A DNA stretch of 62,667 nt, the filler included, from Basidiobolus ranarum (taxonomy: Eukaryota), in NCBI GenBank assembly GCA_040143965.1. It is 11 parts of 11 records of this genome, joined end to end, with 100 filler letters (N's around TTAATTAATTAA, not from the genome) between each part and the next. Parts side by side here need not be neighbours in the genome. Positions count along the whole stretch, not along the records: positions 45,693 to 51,289 come from JASJQH010008420.1; positions 51,390 to 56,984 come from JASJQH010008421.1; positions 57,085 to 62,667 come from JASJQH010008422.1; 8 more parts are not named here. One strand, given 5' to 3'. Within the stretch, counting starts at the first letter, position 1, and each line of letters opens with the position of its first letter. The notes under the pieces were generated by a model that saw nothing but the letters and a program-made list of their open reading frames with translations, did not search any database and was not told the origin of the DNA. This document shows, one piece after another, positions 49,568 to 62,667 of the stretch. A program made the position numbers and the translations under genes.

Positions 49568-50562
49568 AGTAGAAGCGATTTCAGTTAAATCTAGCAGTTA
49601 TTACAAGTTAATTAGCTTGTTATTGTTAATAAAGAAAAGTTGTTTTATAATGCATAAATAAACCGAGGCAAACCACAGCTTTGGAATTTATTTCGTATCA
49701 CTTTATGTTAGAATGTCATGATTTGCATTTAATGTTGCAAGGGGTTGTATCGATTTAGCTTACGCAATTTAGCTTAACCACTACAGCTTAATTCTTGGCC
49801 ATCATTAATTTTCCATTTATGGTGAGAAATATCTGATCCAGAACAGCATCAACTATTGCTAAATATGTAGGATGTTGTTTGGGGTCCACGGTATAGGATA
49901 GTTTATCGATGGATAAAACTGGACGCAAGGTTATCTTCAGATATAGCTACTTTCGATTAGCTATTTGAAGATAAGAGGGCTCAGTGACCGAACTTGGTAT
50001 TCACAGACAGGATTCGATATTTGATTTACCGCCGAAGTGACCAATAGCGAGCAACTAGAAATTTCTTCTTGCATTGGCCAAAGATCCCCCCTGCCTTGTA
50101 CGTTGATATTTACTGGGATAAGAGAAGTTCAAACGTTGGGTAATGCAAATCTAAGTAATGCAAATCCCCTGCTTGAAGGAAGTAACCTTGGCCCAGGTTA
50201 GTTCTTTTGAATGTGGCATCGTGGCTCGGCGAAACTAATCGATGATCAAGATTCTCTTGCGATGAAACTGATGCCTGTCGATCTGAAATCTAGAGCCATT
50301 CTGTATATGGGTTATCCAATCATGACTAACCGCTAGATGTTCTAGGGATTTGTTTTCCGCTGTTCCACTTTTCCGCCTTTTATTAAAAACGCGCGATGAT
50401 AATAGGAACATTGAATTATATTTGTTTGGGTCAGAAGGACTGAAAATTGTCAGATTAGGTGTTATCTTTAATACTCAAAGACCTGGTGTTATCTTTATTC
50501 GTTTTATACTAAAAGTTCTTCCCATTGCCAATGGTTATTCTGTGGCCTAGTAATTCAATTTT

Positions 50563-50644
50563 GTTCGTATTTTTGTTGATTCTTTAGTGTGGGAGATAGG
50601 TTAGGTTCGTATTTTTGTTAATTCTTTAGTGTGGGAGATAGGTT
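50563..50644. repeat. 42-bp tandem duplication
   Basis: gttcgtatttttgtt(g/a)attctttagtgtgggagataggtt occurs twice. Confidence 0.85.
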
Positions 50645-51389
50645 CAAAAATTAAAATTATTCAAAACCCAATAAATGCCATTCACGTTGCAAACAATTAG
50701 CTTTATATCGAATACCAGTATTATGAAGCGATAATATTCCTTGTTTTTAATTCTTCTCTCAAATAGCTTCATATCTGCATCTCAGCTGGATCCATCAACT
50801 CTTGACATATAATTCGTGAAATGAACTAATGTACATAATTTAGCTGTCAATTGCTGTGGCAATGATAACTGACGGGAACGCTGGAAGTCATTTAGAACAG
50901 TGCAATGCTGGAGAGTCTATGAATAATTGTGTTATAGTTTGAAGCTGGAGATGTTAACGAGGCTCAGTCTGAGTAATATCTGTTTTCCATGAAAAGAGTT
51001 TATTACTGATTGTTAAGAATATCCCCTAATCCTTGAAGTTACAAATAGGTGGCACCAAAAGAGTTGTATGGCTCGTAAACATTCGGCTCACTTCAAATTT
51101 GCCCTAGTATTTCAATAAATACAAAACAAATATTTCTCCTAACTATTTGAAATGTGCAAGTGAAAAGTATCATATGGCCTTAATATTTACTGAACCAAAT
51201 AAACAATTAAGTTTAATGTCATGTTTTCTATATTTCCTTCATGGCATGACTTGGAATGCTGATAGTACTTCGATATGGATTAATAGTTCNNNNNNNNNNN
51301 NNNNNNNNNNNNNNNNNNNNNNNNNNNNNNNNNTTAATTAATTAANNNNNNNNNNNNNNNNNNNNNNNNNNNNNNNNNNNNNNNNNNNN

Positions 51390-51713
51390 GTTTCCACCAT
51401 TGCCAGAGTCGTAGGCACCAGCTCCGTTACCGCCATTGCCATTATCACCACCACCATTGCCAGCGCCGCCGTTGCCACCACCGTTTCCACCATTGCCAGA
51501 GTCGTAGGCACCAGCTCCGTTACCACCGTTGCCATTCTCACCGCCACCATTGCTGGTACCGCCATTGCCATTATCTCCAGCACCGCCGTTAAAGAGATCC
51601 TTAATGTCGTATGCTCCATTTCCTCTTGCTTGTAAACTTGGGTTTAGTGCAGCTGCATTAATAACGGCAATTCCAGAAAGAAGGCATAATAATTTAGGAG
51701 CGGAAAATTTCAT
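51390..51713 (-). CDS. Secreted Gly/Asn-rich repeat protein, 3'-truncated
   Basis: Signal peptide MKFSAPKLLCLLSGIAVINAA, then GNGG runs and a 93-bp repeat containing GNGAGAYDSGNGGN. The contig breaks inside the repeat. Confidence 0.85.
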
Positions 51714-52733
51714 TCTAGGAGTTGTAGTGGTGTATAAAGTATCAAGTGGGTTCTATGAAATCTAAAGAAAGCCTATGGATACTCTTTTGCATAGATTGAT
51801 GGTCTCTATTTATATTCTTGTATTTCTATGATCTATCACTTTCTTTACCCCTTACTGACGGAATTATCATTTCTCCTATATCTGAGATGCGTATGCATGG
51901 GGTGAAGGTACAAATGTTTATAATTGATATTCTCTCACCCCACATTCACTGTTTCAAACTATAATTCTACTCTCTATTTGAAAATATACATAGCTGACGG
52001 ATAAAGAGTCTTAAACAATTTGACCAAGGGGCCTTGTGCTGGCTTAGGCCAACTAATAAAAGAGTTTCACCCATCCGATGTGGTTCGTATGTTCTTCACT
52101 GTATTGAGTTGACGCCACAAGTGAATTTTAAGCATTAATATACGAAAAAACTAAGTACTATGTACGTCGTTAGAACATACACCATTTGTAAGAGTACTTG
52201 GACTGTAAATATTGAGGAAAACTAAGCTGATAAGTTCAGATCTATGGGGGTCTCAACAATAATAAATCTTGATTGATCTATATCGCTATGCGTGATAGCG
52301 TATGTAAGTAGGTGGTATCAAAAAAGCGAAAAATCTGGTTAATTGCAATCAGTGTCAACATTTAAAGCCCGATGGGACTAGTACAACTTGGAGCGGGTAT
52401 CTCTTTTATCTAATTATATAGTGACACCGCATATCTTGTCAGGCTTTGTAGGCTATATTGCCTAAGATTCTAGAACTTGATAATAGAGTTTATTGATAGC
52501 ACCATAATAATTGATTAGTACTTGGACCAGACTAGTAAGTTAGCTGGATCGAATACTAGAATTTAAACGAGAAATCTTTATGTAATGGGCACTGTTATTT
52601 AATTATATATTGTATCATCCTATATTCTCCAGCTCTATTTTGTTTTGGTAATGGGGAATCAACTTACACGTTATCCAATTATGATATGAGTTATAAGCAA
52701 TTTAATGTTTATTTCGATCTTGGAGTAAAGAAC

Positions 52734-53129
52734 TTACAAGTCAACATCGATGGTATGAGATAAAGGAGAAGCAACCACCTTGACACCATTCTTTCTTCTG
52801 GAGGTATTTGCATAGTATACAACCACGTCAACAGTACCCTTCACACCGGTGTAAGCATTTCCTGTTTCTTTGTAGTTCATAAAATCCCAGCCCCACACAC
52901 CGCCACAGTGGTAAGAAGGACCTCTGCTAACCATATCGCTCCAGGTGTTCTTAATGTTGAAACCCCAACGATCCGAGCATTTATAACCCTCTCCATTTGC
53001 AAAATCCATGTAGGCATCTCCACCTGGTACATAGTAACTACCCTTCGAGGTCAGATAGAAATGCCACTTGGCAGCAGTTACACTGCTAAGGAAGAACCCA
53101 GAAGCAAGAATCAAAGATGGTAGTTTCAG
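52734..53129 (-). CDS. Small secreted-type protein (about 131 aa) with CTG at the expected start codon
   Basis: (L)KLPSLILASGFFLSSVTAA reads as a signal peptide, the body is coding-like with 2 Cys, and no in-frame ATG lies upstream. Confidence 0.6.
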   Translation of the reverse strand: MKLPSLILASGFFLSSVTAAKWHFYLTSKGSYYVPGGDAYMDFANGEGYKCSDRWGFNIKNTWSDMVSRGPSYHCGGVWGWDFMNYKETGNAYTGVKGTVDVVVYYANTSRRKNGVKVVASPLSHTIDVDL

Positions 53130-55247
53130 AGCGGAGAGAAGTAGAATACTTTGCTCATTAGGCTGACCCAAACCACCTATAAATAAGATCAGTCCAACTT
53201 TTCATACGTCAAGAGTAAAGCCAAAAATCATTTTGATAATACACGTAGGTAAATTTCTGAGCAGTTTGGGTTCACAAACTAAATCAAATGCAACATTCCC
53301 AAAGGTTTGCGACTAAGTTCAACGTTGCTGCATACTTTTTAGAAAAAACGTATCAGCCCTGAAGAATTAAGAATTTAGTCGGTTGTAATGTACTCTAATA
53401 AAATGACGTCATTTTCCCACTGAAACTGGAATATAGAATATGCTTGATGACTGTTAACCAGACTAATATGCGCCTATTGTACACATGCACTATGCAACCA
53501 CTCCAAGAAGTGTGTGCAATTGGAGTGATGTATCGTTAATGATGGGCATGAAAAGTAGCTAACAGAACCAACCTAAGCACGCCTTGTAGGGTCTTGTTAC
53601 TTTGCATGAGTTAGAAGTAAACTTGAAATGTAGAGGATGGGCCGAATACTGATGAGTCTGGAACTATCTAGATAACCGCAACTTGAACATCTATGGTTGA
53701 ATCTCTATAACCTTAACAAGGCCCAGCAATGCTATCATGGATCCACATAAGAAATGCGGATCAATTCCCTTTTAGAACCATTAGGTGGGTTGTAGCACAA
53801 CTGTTACAAATATAGAATCCCCAATTTTAGTAAGATTCTTGCTTAACGTCTGGTCTATCCATACCACGAATACTGCACCAAATACCACAACACGTGGGAC
53901 AGTTGTTGATGAGTTACTGAAAGATTTGTTCAACCATCCATTTACGAGCCACAAACAAGCCTCTAATAATATATCCTCGTTTGTTATGTGGCTCATGGTT
54001 ACTCAACAATTACAGCAGAGGGCATTATTAACTCTTGATATTCATCAAGATCAGAACGTATAGGTAACTGAATACTCGTCATAGTAACCATCGCAAGTGT
54101 GCGAATACTTGTTATAGTAGTTAGGAAATCATCTCGCACTCCATTTGGCCACACTTCCGAAGAATATCAAGTTTCAAATGGCAGTGGCAAAAGGAGTAAA
54201 TACCATAAACAGGAAAGGAAATTCTCAGTCTCTGAAATATCACAAAGTATGATTGATGAAAACTCCCAAGCTTGTACTGTCATATACACTTGTAGTGGAC
54301 GTATTAAAGACATCTGGTGATGAAACTTCTCATAGCACTGCATCAGGAAATCCATAGAGGAACTTGAACCTAGAAACATCATTTTATAAGTTGAAAGAGT
54401 TCCCCATAGCTAGTACTGATATGCAAAGTAATGGAGCTAAACCCGTAAGTATTTATTTCATTTGTCTAAATTCCAACACGAAAAGATCTTAAACTGTGAA
54501 TGGAACAAAATCGATAGCCGAAAATCAGCGTTCTGATTCTGGATTTGGCGCTCTGGATATTGCTTAGTGAATTCCAACTGATTAATCATAATGGTAAGGT
54601 AACACTAAAATGATCAATCATAGACGAGACAGCATCCTTCAACGAAACGATCAATTATGTACGATTTCACTTTGATCAAGCATACATGAGCAAGCGATCT
54701 GCCTACAGGCCATCATAGTACTCACATATATGTGTATAGGAAGTGTTCAAGTGATATAATATGGCTTAGACCTGCGCCTTCAGAGATGACTCTGTGTGGA
54801 TTAATGCACCATAGATTTACTGTATACCCAAGTTTTGGCTAGTTGAACAAGGTTGAAACTTTACTTACTAGATACGTTTGTTCACATGATTTAACTACTA
54901 AAAAAACCTGTAACATCAGTATATAACCAGCACACCAATATCTGCTATGAGTATTATATTTCAGCAGTTACTAACCATCAACTCAATTGTGCTGATAGTA
55001 AATGTCTAGAAGCACCTATGGAGATTAATATTCAACATGATCCTCGTAGTCTTGGTTTTGCTTCACCTACCTTTAGCATTAGAAGCAAAAATGTATCGAA
55101 GTAATTTTATAATGAACTTTATTTCATTCGGTAAAGTACAAAATGATCTATGAATAATTGGGTAACAAACTAGCTCTAGATAGTGGTATAATATTAAATA
55201 TATCTTAATCGGTGACTAAACTAAAATTCTAAAAATGCTTTGTTGAA

Positions 55248-56984
55248 TTAATGACCAGTTTTTTCATCTGGTTCTTCCGATAACATAGGCTGGTGTTGAT
55301 GTTGGTGGGAAACACGAGCCATTTCTACCATTAAATCTTCAATACCTCTGCTCTTCTTACTCTTGGGTGATTTACCATGTGCAAGGCGATCGAAAGCTGG
55401 GGAGTTTGAGAGAATCATGTAGATAAGTGCATAGACACAGAACACACCAAAGGAATATAGCCAGATACGAACAACGGCAACAATACTAGTGTTAACTCCA
55501 GTGAACCAACCGAAAATAGCAAAGAGAGAGGCAAGAATATCGACAACCATAACAGCACCAAACAATTGCCATGATGGAATACTTTCGAAGAAAGAAGTGT
55601 TCAAACGAGTAACGAAAATCAACCAATTTTCAGTCAGTGCAACTTCAAGGAACATAACTTCCTGAGATCCACCAAAGTTTTCAATAACACCGTGTCCAGG
55701 AACCATAGTGGTAGTGTAGATGATCCATGTACCAATGGTCAAAATAATAGACATTACAAGTGATAGAGCCCACAACTTGGGAAGATTCCACTTCACTGGG
55801 ACAGCCGAGTAAGGAGCATTATCATAAGCAACCATAAGAGTAGCCACATCTGCGAAGATAGCAAGGAACACAACAAGCTCGACATTGATGGTCTCATTCA
55901 GAATGACGATAGTAGTAGTCAAGAACATTTCCAAATGAAGAGACAGGGCAATACGATAGACAATATAGGCGTACATACGATGGAAAATTTGGCGAGAGGT
56001 CTTGATAGAATCAATGATGACTCCCAAGCCTGGAGCCAAAAATACAATATCAGCAGCACTACGAGCTGCATCACTAGCTCCTTCTACAGCAATACCAGTA
56101 TCAGCCTTTTTCAACGATGGCGCATCGTTGACGCCATCACCAGTCATAGCAACGAGGTACCCACGCTTTTGGAGAATATCGACAGCATGATACTTGTGTT
56201 CAGGGAATACTTCAGCAAACCCATCAGCAGCCTCGACGAAATCAAATAACTCAGCACCAGTCATTCCACCCTTGCTAGAAGCACCACCGCCTCCCATACC
56301 AAGTTCATCAGCGTTATAGATATTGGTTCCCATTCTCAGTTGACGAGCTGTTTCCTTCGCAATACCAACAGCATCACCGGTAAGCATCTTCACTCTTAGT
56401 CCGAGATGTTGAGCCTCAGCAATAGTTTTACCAGTATCAAACCGTGGGGGATCAAACAGAGGTAAGATACCAAGAATTTGCCAACCATTGGCGGGTGTAC
56501 ACCATGCAATACCTAAACTTCTGAAACCACGATTGGCGAATTCGGCAACAACTTCATCATATTTACGAGCAACATTAGGATCCAATCCTCCAGCTTTTTG
56601 TACCATTCGGAGCACAAATGGTGGTGCCCCCTTCACTGCAGTGCATTGGTTACCTTCAGGATCAATCACCTTAGCCACAACCATCTTAGAGACGGGATCG
56701 AAAGGTTGGAACTCCAACATACGATATTCTCTCATTCTTCTACGAGCTTGAGGATACTTTCCAAGTGCCTTGATCACAGCTTTATCAATAGCATCCATAC
56801 CTTTCTTCTTACGTGAAGCGGCTAATGCGGACACAAACATCAACATCTCATCATCAACCCCTTCAACACAGTAGGGGTCGTGAAGAGTAAGTTTATTCTG
56901 AGTAAGAGTACCAGTTTTATCAGAGCACAAGATTTCGACACCAGCAAGAGATTCGATAGCGGTCAACTTCTGAACAATAGCCTG
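55248..56984 (-). CDS. PMA1: Plasma-membrane P-type H+-ATPase (P3A), C-terminal about 578 aa, 5'-truncated
   Basis: [77 protein letters not shown]. Confidence 0.95.
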   Translation of the reverse strand, partial: QAIVQKLTAIESLAGVEILCSDKTGTLTQNKLTLHDPYCVEGVDDEMLMFVSALAASRKKKGMDAIDKAVIKALGKYPQARRRMREYRMLEFQPFDPVSKMVVAKVIDPEGNQCTAVKGAPPFVLRMVQKAGGLDPNVARKYDEVVAEFANRGFRSLGIAWCTPANGWQILGILPLFDPPRFDTGKTIAEAQHLGLRVKMLTGDAVGIAKETARQLRMGTNIYNADELGMGGGGASSKGGMTGAELFDFVEAADGFAEVFPEHKYHAVDILQKRGYLVAMTGDGVNDAPSLKKADTGIAVEGASDAARSAADIVFLAPGLGVIIDSIKTSRQIFHRMYAYIVYRIALSLHLEMFLTTTIVILNETINVELVVFLAIFADVATLMVAYDNAPYSAVPVKWNLPKLWALSLVMSIILTIGTWIIYTTTMVPGHGVIENFGGSQEVMFLEVALTENWLIFVTRLNTSFFESIPSWQLFGAVMVVDILASLFAIFGWFTGVNTSIVAVVRIWLYSFGVFCVYALIYMILSNSPAFDRLAHGKSPKSKKSRGIEDLMVEMARVSHQHQHQPMLSEEPDEKTGH

Positions 56985-59297
56985 NNNNNNNNNNNNNNNN
57001 NNNNNNNNNNNNNNNNNNNNNNNNNNNNTTAATTAATTAANNNNNNNNNNNNNNNNNNNNNNNNNNNNNNNNNNNNNNNNNNNNAGATATTCCTATTTAG
57101 AATATAGGGGCTATAGATACGTTGCTTTCTGTTTCTGATATATGTATCATAACTAAAGTTAACTATGATGTTGAATAAAGATTAATTATCCAACATATAT
57201 ATATATAGCTTAGTTTTTAGTTATTCTATATTGAAATAAGATATTACCCATTGTTTGATATTGGAATTTACTTGGAATATTCTACCAACTTTGAAGTTCT
57301 CAGATATATAGATTTTTAAACCTTCCAACAAACTCCCAAAATACTTCAACAGTAAGTAGGTTTTGAATAAACATGATAGATGAACATTCAAATCCTTATC
57401 TAGAATATTTCAATTGGTGATGCATGCTAAGTGAGAAATATATATATGAGAATGAATAGCATTGTTGGCAGAGCGTGAGAGGGAAAACTATTATTGTTTT
57501 TTACGCATCCTAACGTTCAATCAGATTATTGAAGTGAAAGTTTCTGATGTATAGGAGAACACGAAGTTGTGCCAGTTGAGGAATCCATTGTCTATTAGTA
57601 AAATCGTGAAAGGAACAAGCAGCTGGAGTGGAAGGGTAGATAGTTCGGAATAGAGTATCTGGCGTTGCTCTAATAACTACCACTTCATCCAGGATTGCAT
57701 TGTATATTTATTTGCCAAGTTTGAGACATGCGGATCTATATTGATTTTCACAGCATTTCTTAAATATCCACCGACGGTTGCGGTAAGGATTGGCGGTTAT
57801 TTATAACTGTTGCAATATTATTGTGATAGGATGTGGATGGGTTTTTAAATAGGTGGGAGACTGAGAGTATTACTATGACGCTAACTGATTCATGCGCAAA
57901 CAATTGGAAAGTTGCGGGGCCGCCTTTGACCAATACTAAAACCTAATCACTCATTTTCTTTTGGAAGCTGAACTAGCAGAAAGTGACATACTATATTTAG
58001 TATCACTGAGCAGAAGGGGATATCGAAGCAGTTGTCATGCTGGCAGCCTATTCAGTACCCGGAATGTATTCCACAATCATTTTGGCACTCAGTGGCCACG
58101 GAGAGATGCGGTGGGGAGAGTGGAAGCTAGGGCTATTGAGGATTCTAAAACATTTGACATCATCAGCATCTTTTATCTTTGAAAATGGCAGTATACTAAG
58201 TGATAATGTTTGGATGTATTTCATTTGACTTAGCTGGCATGACATACTCAAGCTGATTTTAGCGTGTGCAGTTGACAAGGTACTTACTGTACAAACATAG
58301 GCTATCGGATGTAGGTGGCTAAGTATAGATTCCACTATGGGCCCATTTCTACTGGCTACACCGCTTTAAAGAACACTAGCAATACCACAAGAGACGATTT
58401 ATGGGTTGGTGACTGCCAATCAGTTAGACGCCATCCCTGAAATGAATCCATCCAATCGATCTGGTAAGAGATCAAGAATGACACACAAGTTGATAGCAAG
58501 GGGCCTCACTAAAATTGAAACAAACGCTTATCTGTTGGATGAGAATATTTTCCTTTTGGATATGACGAATATTGTTGAGGCATAATCAGAGCACTTCGGC
58601 CTGGTAATGTATGTCCCGGGATAAGCCATCGCGCTAATAGCAATGGCTTATTTCTCCAGTATCATGTGTATGTTTATGATTTCGTGTACGGAAATTTCCC
58701 ATTCGTCAACTTGCTTCGATCACATAGCACTGGACGTTTCCTCCATCACTATGCACTGGAGTAACATTGATCTTCTTCAAGCCACTGGCTCACGATGTGG
58801 TGGTGTCGTGGTGATGGCACAAGTGAAACATATCGATGCATGGAATTCGCATTACTCGGAGATTCATGGGGATCGTGTTCTACGTTCTGCAAGAGAGGCT
58901 GGGATGTTTCAACAACAGATGATGCTGATGAACATTACCGTTTCTTCATCACTAGATATAGTTTGGGTTTCTATTGGCTGTTCAGCGTTGTATATCTATA
59001 AATACACGGCAAAAGTATAGCTCTCTACATCAAGGCACAGATCTAGCTAACTGGATCGATGCCGATAGCCAAACTGCCGTATCATCGCAACGTTATCGAG
59101 CAATCTGCATCCTATACGCACCCGGTGTTATCACGAGCATACTGATTTTAGATTAATTAAATCAAGGAAGGTTGTTCCATTGATCCCAGAAAGTTTGGCT
59201 GGTATGATTTGGTCTACTTTAGTACTTCGAATTTATTAGTGTTCTATATGCTACATGTATTTATAGTATTTACAGAAGGAAACCTGGGCTACGCTTC

Positions 59298-59951
59298 CTA
59301 ATTATTAAGAATAAATGATAATCTGTGCGCATTAAATCTAGGCTCAATGGTCCCAGGTTGAACACTGGATTCGCGAGAACTACCGCTAGAGTGACCATCA
59401 TCCTCAAATTCAGAATCTGATGATATAGCCGGACTAGATTGGAGAGAGCTAGCAGCTGAAGTCCACCTTGAGTGATCGGAATGATTAATTGGCTTCCATT
59501 TTGCCGAAAGAACATGATAAGGCTCATAGCGGCAAAAGCTATCTATGAAATCTGTGCGTATCTGTGGAGCAGGTTCGGCTTTGGGCTCAGCTGGTGGTTG
59601 AGGTGTCTGAGAGGAGAAACTGGAGAAGAGACAAACGCTACCATTGTTGTTGAGACATGGATAAGAGTAAACGAGACTGAACTTTTGAATTTCTCGCTTT
59701 TGGTGAGTGCGGATGTGTCTGGCTAACTCATCAGACCTTGAGAATCGCTTGGTGCAACTAGCATAAGTGCAGGAATAAGGCTTTTCACCGGTATGAGTGC
59801 GAACATGTCTGATTAGATGTTCGTTCCGGCGAAATGATTTACTGCATACTGAACAACTATAAGGTCGTATACTCTTGGAGGATGTTGGCTCCTGGGGTAA
59901 ACTATCCTCGGATTGAAGAATGAAAGAAAGACGAGGCGAATGTGTAGCCAT
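59298..59951 (-). CDS. Two-finger C2H2 transcription factor, CreA/Mig1-like DNA-binding domain, 217 aa
   Basis: [55 protein letters not shown]. Confidence 0.9.
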   Translation of the reverse strand: MATHSPRLSFILQSEDSLPQEPTSSKSIRPYSCSVCSKSFRRNEHLIRHVRTHTGEKPYSCTYASCTKRFSRSDELARHIRTHQKREIQKFSLVYSYPCLNNNGSVCLFSSFSSQTPQPPAEPKAEPAPQIRTDFIDSFCRYEPYHVLSAKWKPINHSDHSRWTSAASSLQSSPAISSDSEFEDDGHSSGSSRESSVQPGTIEPRFNAHRLSFILNN

Positions 59952-62667
59952 CTTATTACTATCGTGCTATATGAATGTGTTAAATGTTCAATTGTATCAA
60001 GCCAGGCCAACGTCCCTTTTATATTAGCGTGCAAACTCTTATCATGACATGCTGGATGCATGTGAATCTAATTTTAGGCATTATTGGGCCAAATGCATGA
60101 GTTCTTGATTCCTTTTTATCGGAATTGGCCCATTTCAAGCTCTTTTTGGCCATTGAGATACAAGGCCTATGTTGGATTTTATCCCCTAAAATATTCCAAT
60201 TAGTCCCCGATTTGGCATGGGTTTTCTAACGGGAGATAGTAACCCATATTTAACCCCATATCTATCTATCTTTCCAGTTCTGTTACGGGCCAAGACTAAT
60301 ATAGGGAAGGCAATTGGTGCGGTAATATCACAGAATCAATGAAAGCTTTTTCTGTATAGTTATTGACATCTTATGAGAAATGGTTAGCTCCAGGCTATGG
60401 ATCTTTACTTGATTTGTCATATTGAGTTTAGGGATTTCTCTTGGTAATGCTCCACACCAACTTGAATGACTGCATGATATCGACCATCTCTATTTTAGTT
60501 CCCAGTGTTGGCTGACCGTACAGTCATCGGTATTGGTCTAGCACCTCTTCTGTCACCGAGTCCGCTAATGACACGCACTCGCCGCAACTCCTGGATTATT
60601 GGGACATGATGAATTCTGGAGCTGATGCTCGTTATCAAACAGCGTTTCACTTGAACATTTTGATGTAACAACGTGTGCATGCAATGCCTATTGTAAACAC
60701 CAGTCTATGCAAACACCTTTGAATTAGCAACAATATAGTCACAATTTTGCAGATCAATCCACGATAAGAGGTAAAAATAAATGATTCATTAAAGTGTTGA
60801 ATTTCAGAGGCTCGACATGATCAACATTACCGAGGAAGCCAGAGAGTCGGCATCCCATTTGTCACACTACCTGGAAAATAGATAGAAAAGGTAATGACTG
60901 TCTATACATAGGCACCTAGGCTAAGCTCCGATGGATTCGACCTCTGTATTTAGCTACCCTTTAATAGATGCGTCTACCAGTATTTCAGTTGAAGTGTCAA
61001 GTTGAGTATCTGATTTCCGGATTTCATTACTGGTGTTACGCTCGATACTGAGCTACCCTGTCGAACTCCCCTCCGTACTGCCATCCTATGAGACCGATCC
61101 GTCAACGTAGTACATCACTATCTTTGGAAGAGATATAAATGTGTACGTACTATCGAGTCTCATCTAGAGTAACATTCCTATCAGAATGGTTATCGCAAAG
61201 TGATGTTGCTAAGGACATTTCATGATTAAATTGGCCAGCGAGAACGAGTTTACTAGTATAAAAGGAAATGCTAATCAAATCTTACTAGGTAAGATCTTCG
61301 ATTAGGAAAACCAACTCCCTAGACTCGCTCTAATAAATTGGTATACAACTGAGACCTGAGTCACAGGCTAGGGATTGCTCAACTGTATACTCTCTTATCT
61401 CAACCATGGTTAGTTCAATTTGCCTCTCTACACCATTCCGCGTAATCTTAGCCATAATGTCAGCAATAATTAGCAAGCAATTTACCATACTTAATCTTCG
61501 GAGATAACAAGTAGACATATCCAGTAATTATTTTCTCATAAAGTCATGTTTACCCCATTGTTATTGTTTATTTCCGGTGTGGGACATTTTGTGACTGAAT
61601 TAAATCAATCCCAAGGTGTAACAGTTCACAAAGGATTTTTTAACTACTACATATGGAGATCAACTGCACTTGGTCCAGCCCATTTGCACGAGGTCGTTAT
61701 CGATATGAAACGTAAGGAGAATCGGCATCTAGATACTACTCCCAATAGTGGTGCAAATCAACTTTACTTGTGATGATTCGTTATTAGCTTCGGGGAGATG
61801 GAGTTAAGATTAAGACTGATTGTGCTTCTGATATCTATTCAGGTCGTAGTCTGGGGGAGGTGATGGTTACGATACCATGTACCTTGGATCAACGTCAACA
61901 AATTATACTTTAGTGGTGACATCCACCCTATTTGAAGGGTAAACAAATTACTTCACATGTATCCTTAGATTTGCCAAATCAATTACTTTACCAGTAGTTG
62001 CAAAGAAAATCATGTAATATGGGTTACAATTTGGCTTGGGATATGGATTCTACCCTCCGTTTAGGGAGAATCTTTAGATTGGCTATCTATGCGTAGGCTT
62101 CGGATCGGAATTGAATGGGTTGTTTTCGAAATCGTATGGACAACTACTAGTTAACCTAAGAGTCACATATTCCTCTAGGGATTCCCCCACTCCACCCGTT
62201 CGGATTCAAACTAGTCTAAGCTTGTATCTTCAGGGTGGTGGTGTGAGAAAGAAAACATCCAAAAAGTGATAAATAACTGGTGACTTTAGTACACAATACA
62301 TTGTGCAAGGATGCATCCAGTGGGTTGGAATATCACGATCCACCGGTTAAAGATACTAATGGAGAATAAAGGGTGTTTGGCACCTATTTCTGACCAATAA
62401 ATGGGAAGAAAGAACTATCTTTAAAATCTTGTAGGGTCAGAAAAATTTAGCATCCAATTCGAGTCGTTGTGTTCCAAGTTTATGTTGTGGTTTTAATACA
62501 TTCGTGTTACTTAAAAAGGTTAACATTCAGCCTTCAGTTGTTTCATATTAAGGGTAAAGTCCCTTCATATGGAAGAGAGTGGGTGAAAAATCATACTACA
62601 TTAAATTCCTTAGACGATTCACAATTTTAAGTTGCGATTAATTTTTCCTTCCTTAAAAGCGCCACGG

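Noticed and set aside
45693-53129. Apparent cluster of secreted proteins (P450, DUF3472-like pair, Gly-rich protein, small secreted protein)
   Set aside because: A spacer at 51290-51389 splits it, so only within-contig neighbours are truly linked.
53500-54400. Short ORFs between the small secreted gene and the ATPase
   Set aside because: No motif support.
5625-57084. Regularly spaced TTAATTAATTAA within N runs, resembling a periodic array
   Set aside because: Artificial linker joining length-sorted contigs. Apparent gene clusters across spacers and ORFs containing X are artefacts.
57900-59160. Overlapping short ORFs, including 58643-59020
   Set aside because: No recognisable domain or splice-consistent model.
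1-62667. CRISPR arrays, rRNA, tRNA, and CACTA terminal inverted repeats
   Set aside because: None recognised by eye; no repeat-spacer periodicity, and element ends could not be located.

Overview
This is eukaryotic, fungal-type DNA, not one locus. Eleven unrelated contigs of about 5.6 kb, in decreasing length order, are joined by artificial 100-nt spacers (44 N + TTAATTAATTAA + 44 N), so adjacency across spacers carries no information. Short GT-AG introns and gene content suggest an early-diverging fungus (Zoopagomycota/Mucoromycota-like; inference only). Intact or partial genes: a six-exon GH38 alpha-mannosidase with an unusual multi-transmembrane insertion, methylmalonate-semialdehyde dehydrogenase, a class 3 lipase, a plasma-membrane H+-ATPase (partial), a CreA/Mig1-like C2H2 factor, an atypical P450 fragment, a divergent pair of intronless secreted DUF3472-like genes, a Gly/Asn-rich secreted repeat protein, a small secreted-type ORF with CTG at the expected start, and a coiled-coil hypothetical protein. 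Pseudogenes: gamma-glutamyltranspeptidase and an NRPS-like (quinone-synthetase-type) A-T remnant. Four contigs (2, 4, 5, 8) are mosaics of a decayed, strongly CpG-depleted CACTA/EnSpm-like family with two divergent genes, mixed with Copia fragments. Contig 3 has near-identical paralogous gene starts pointing outward at both ends. All calls come from reading the sequence and recalled motifs; no searches were run.
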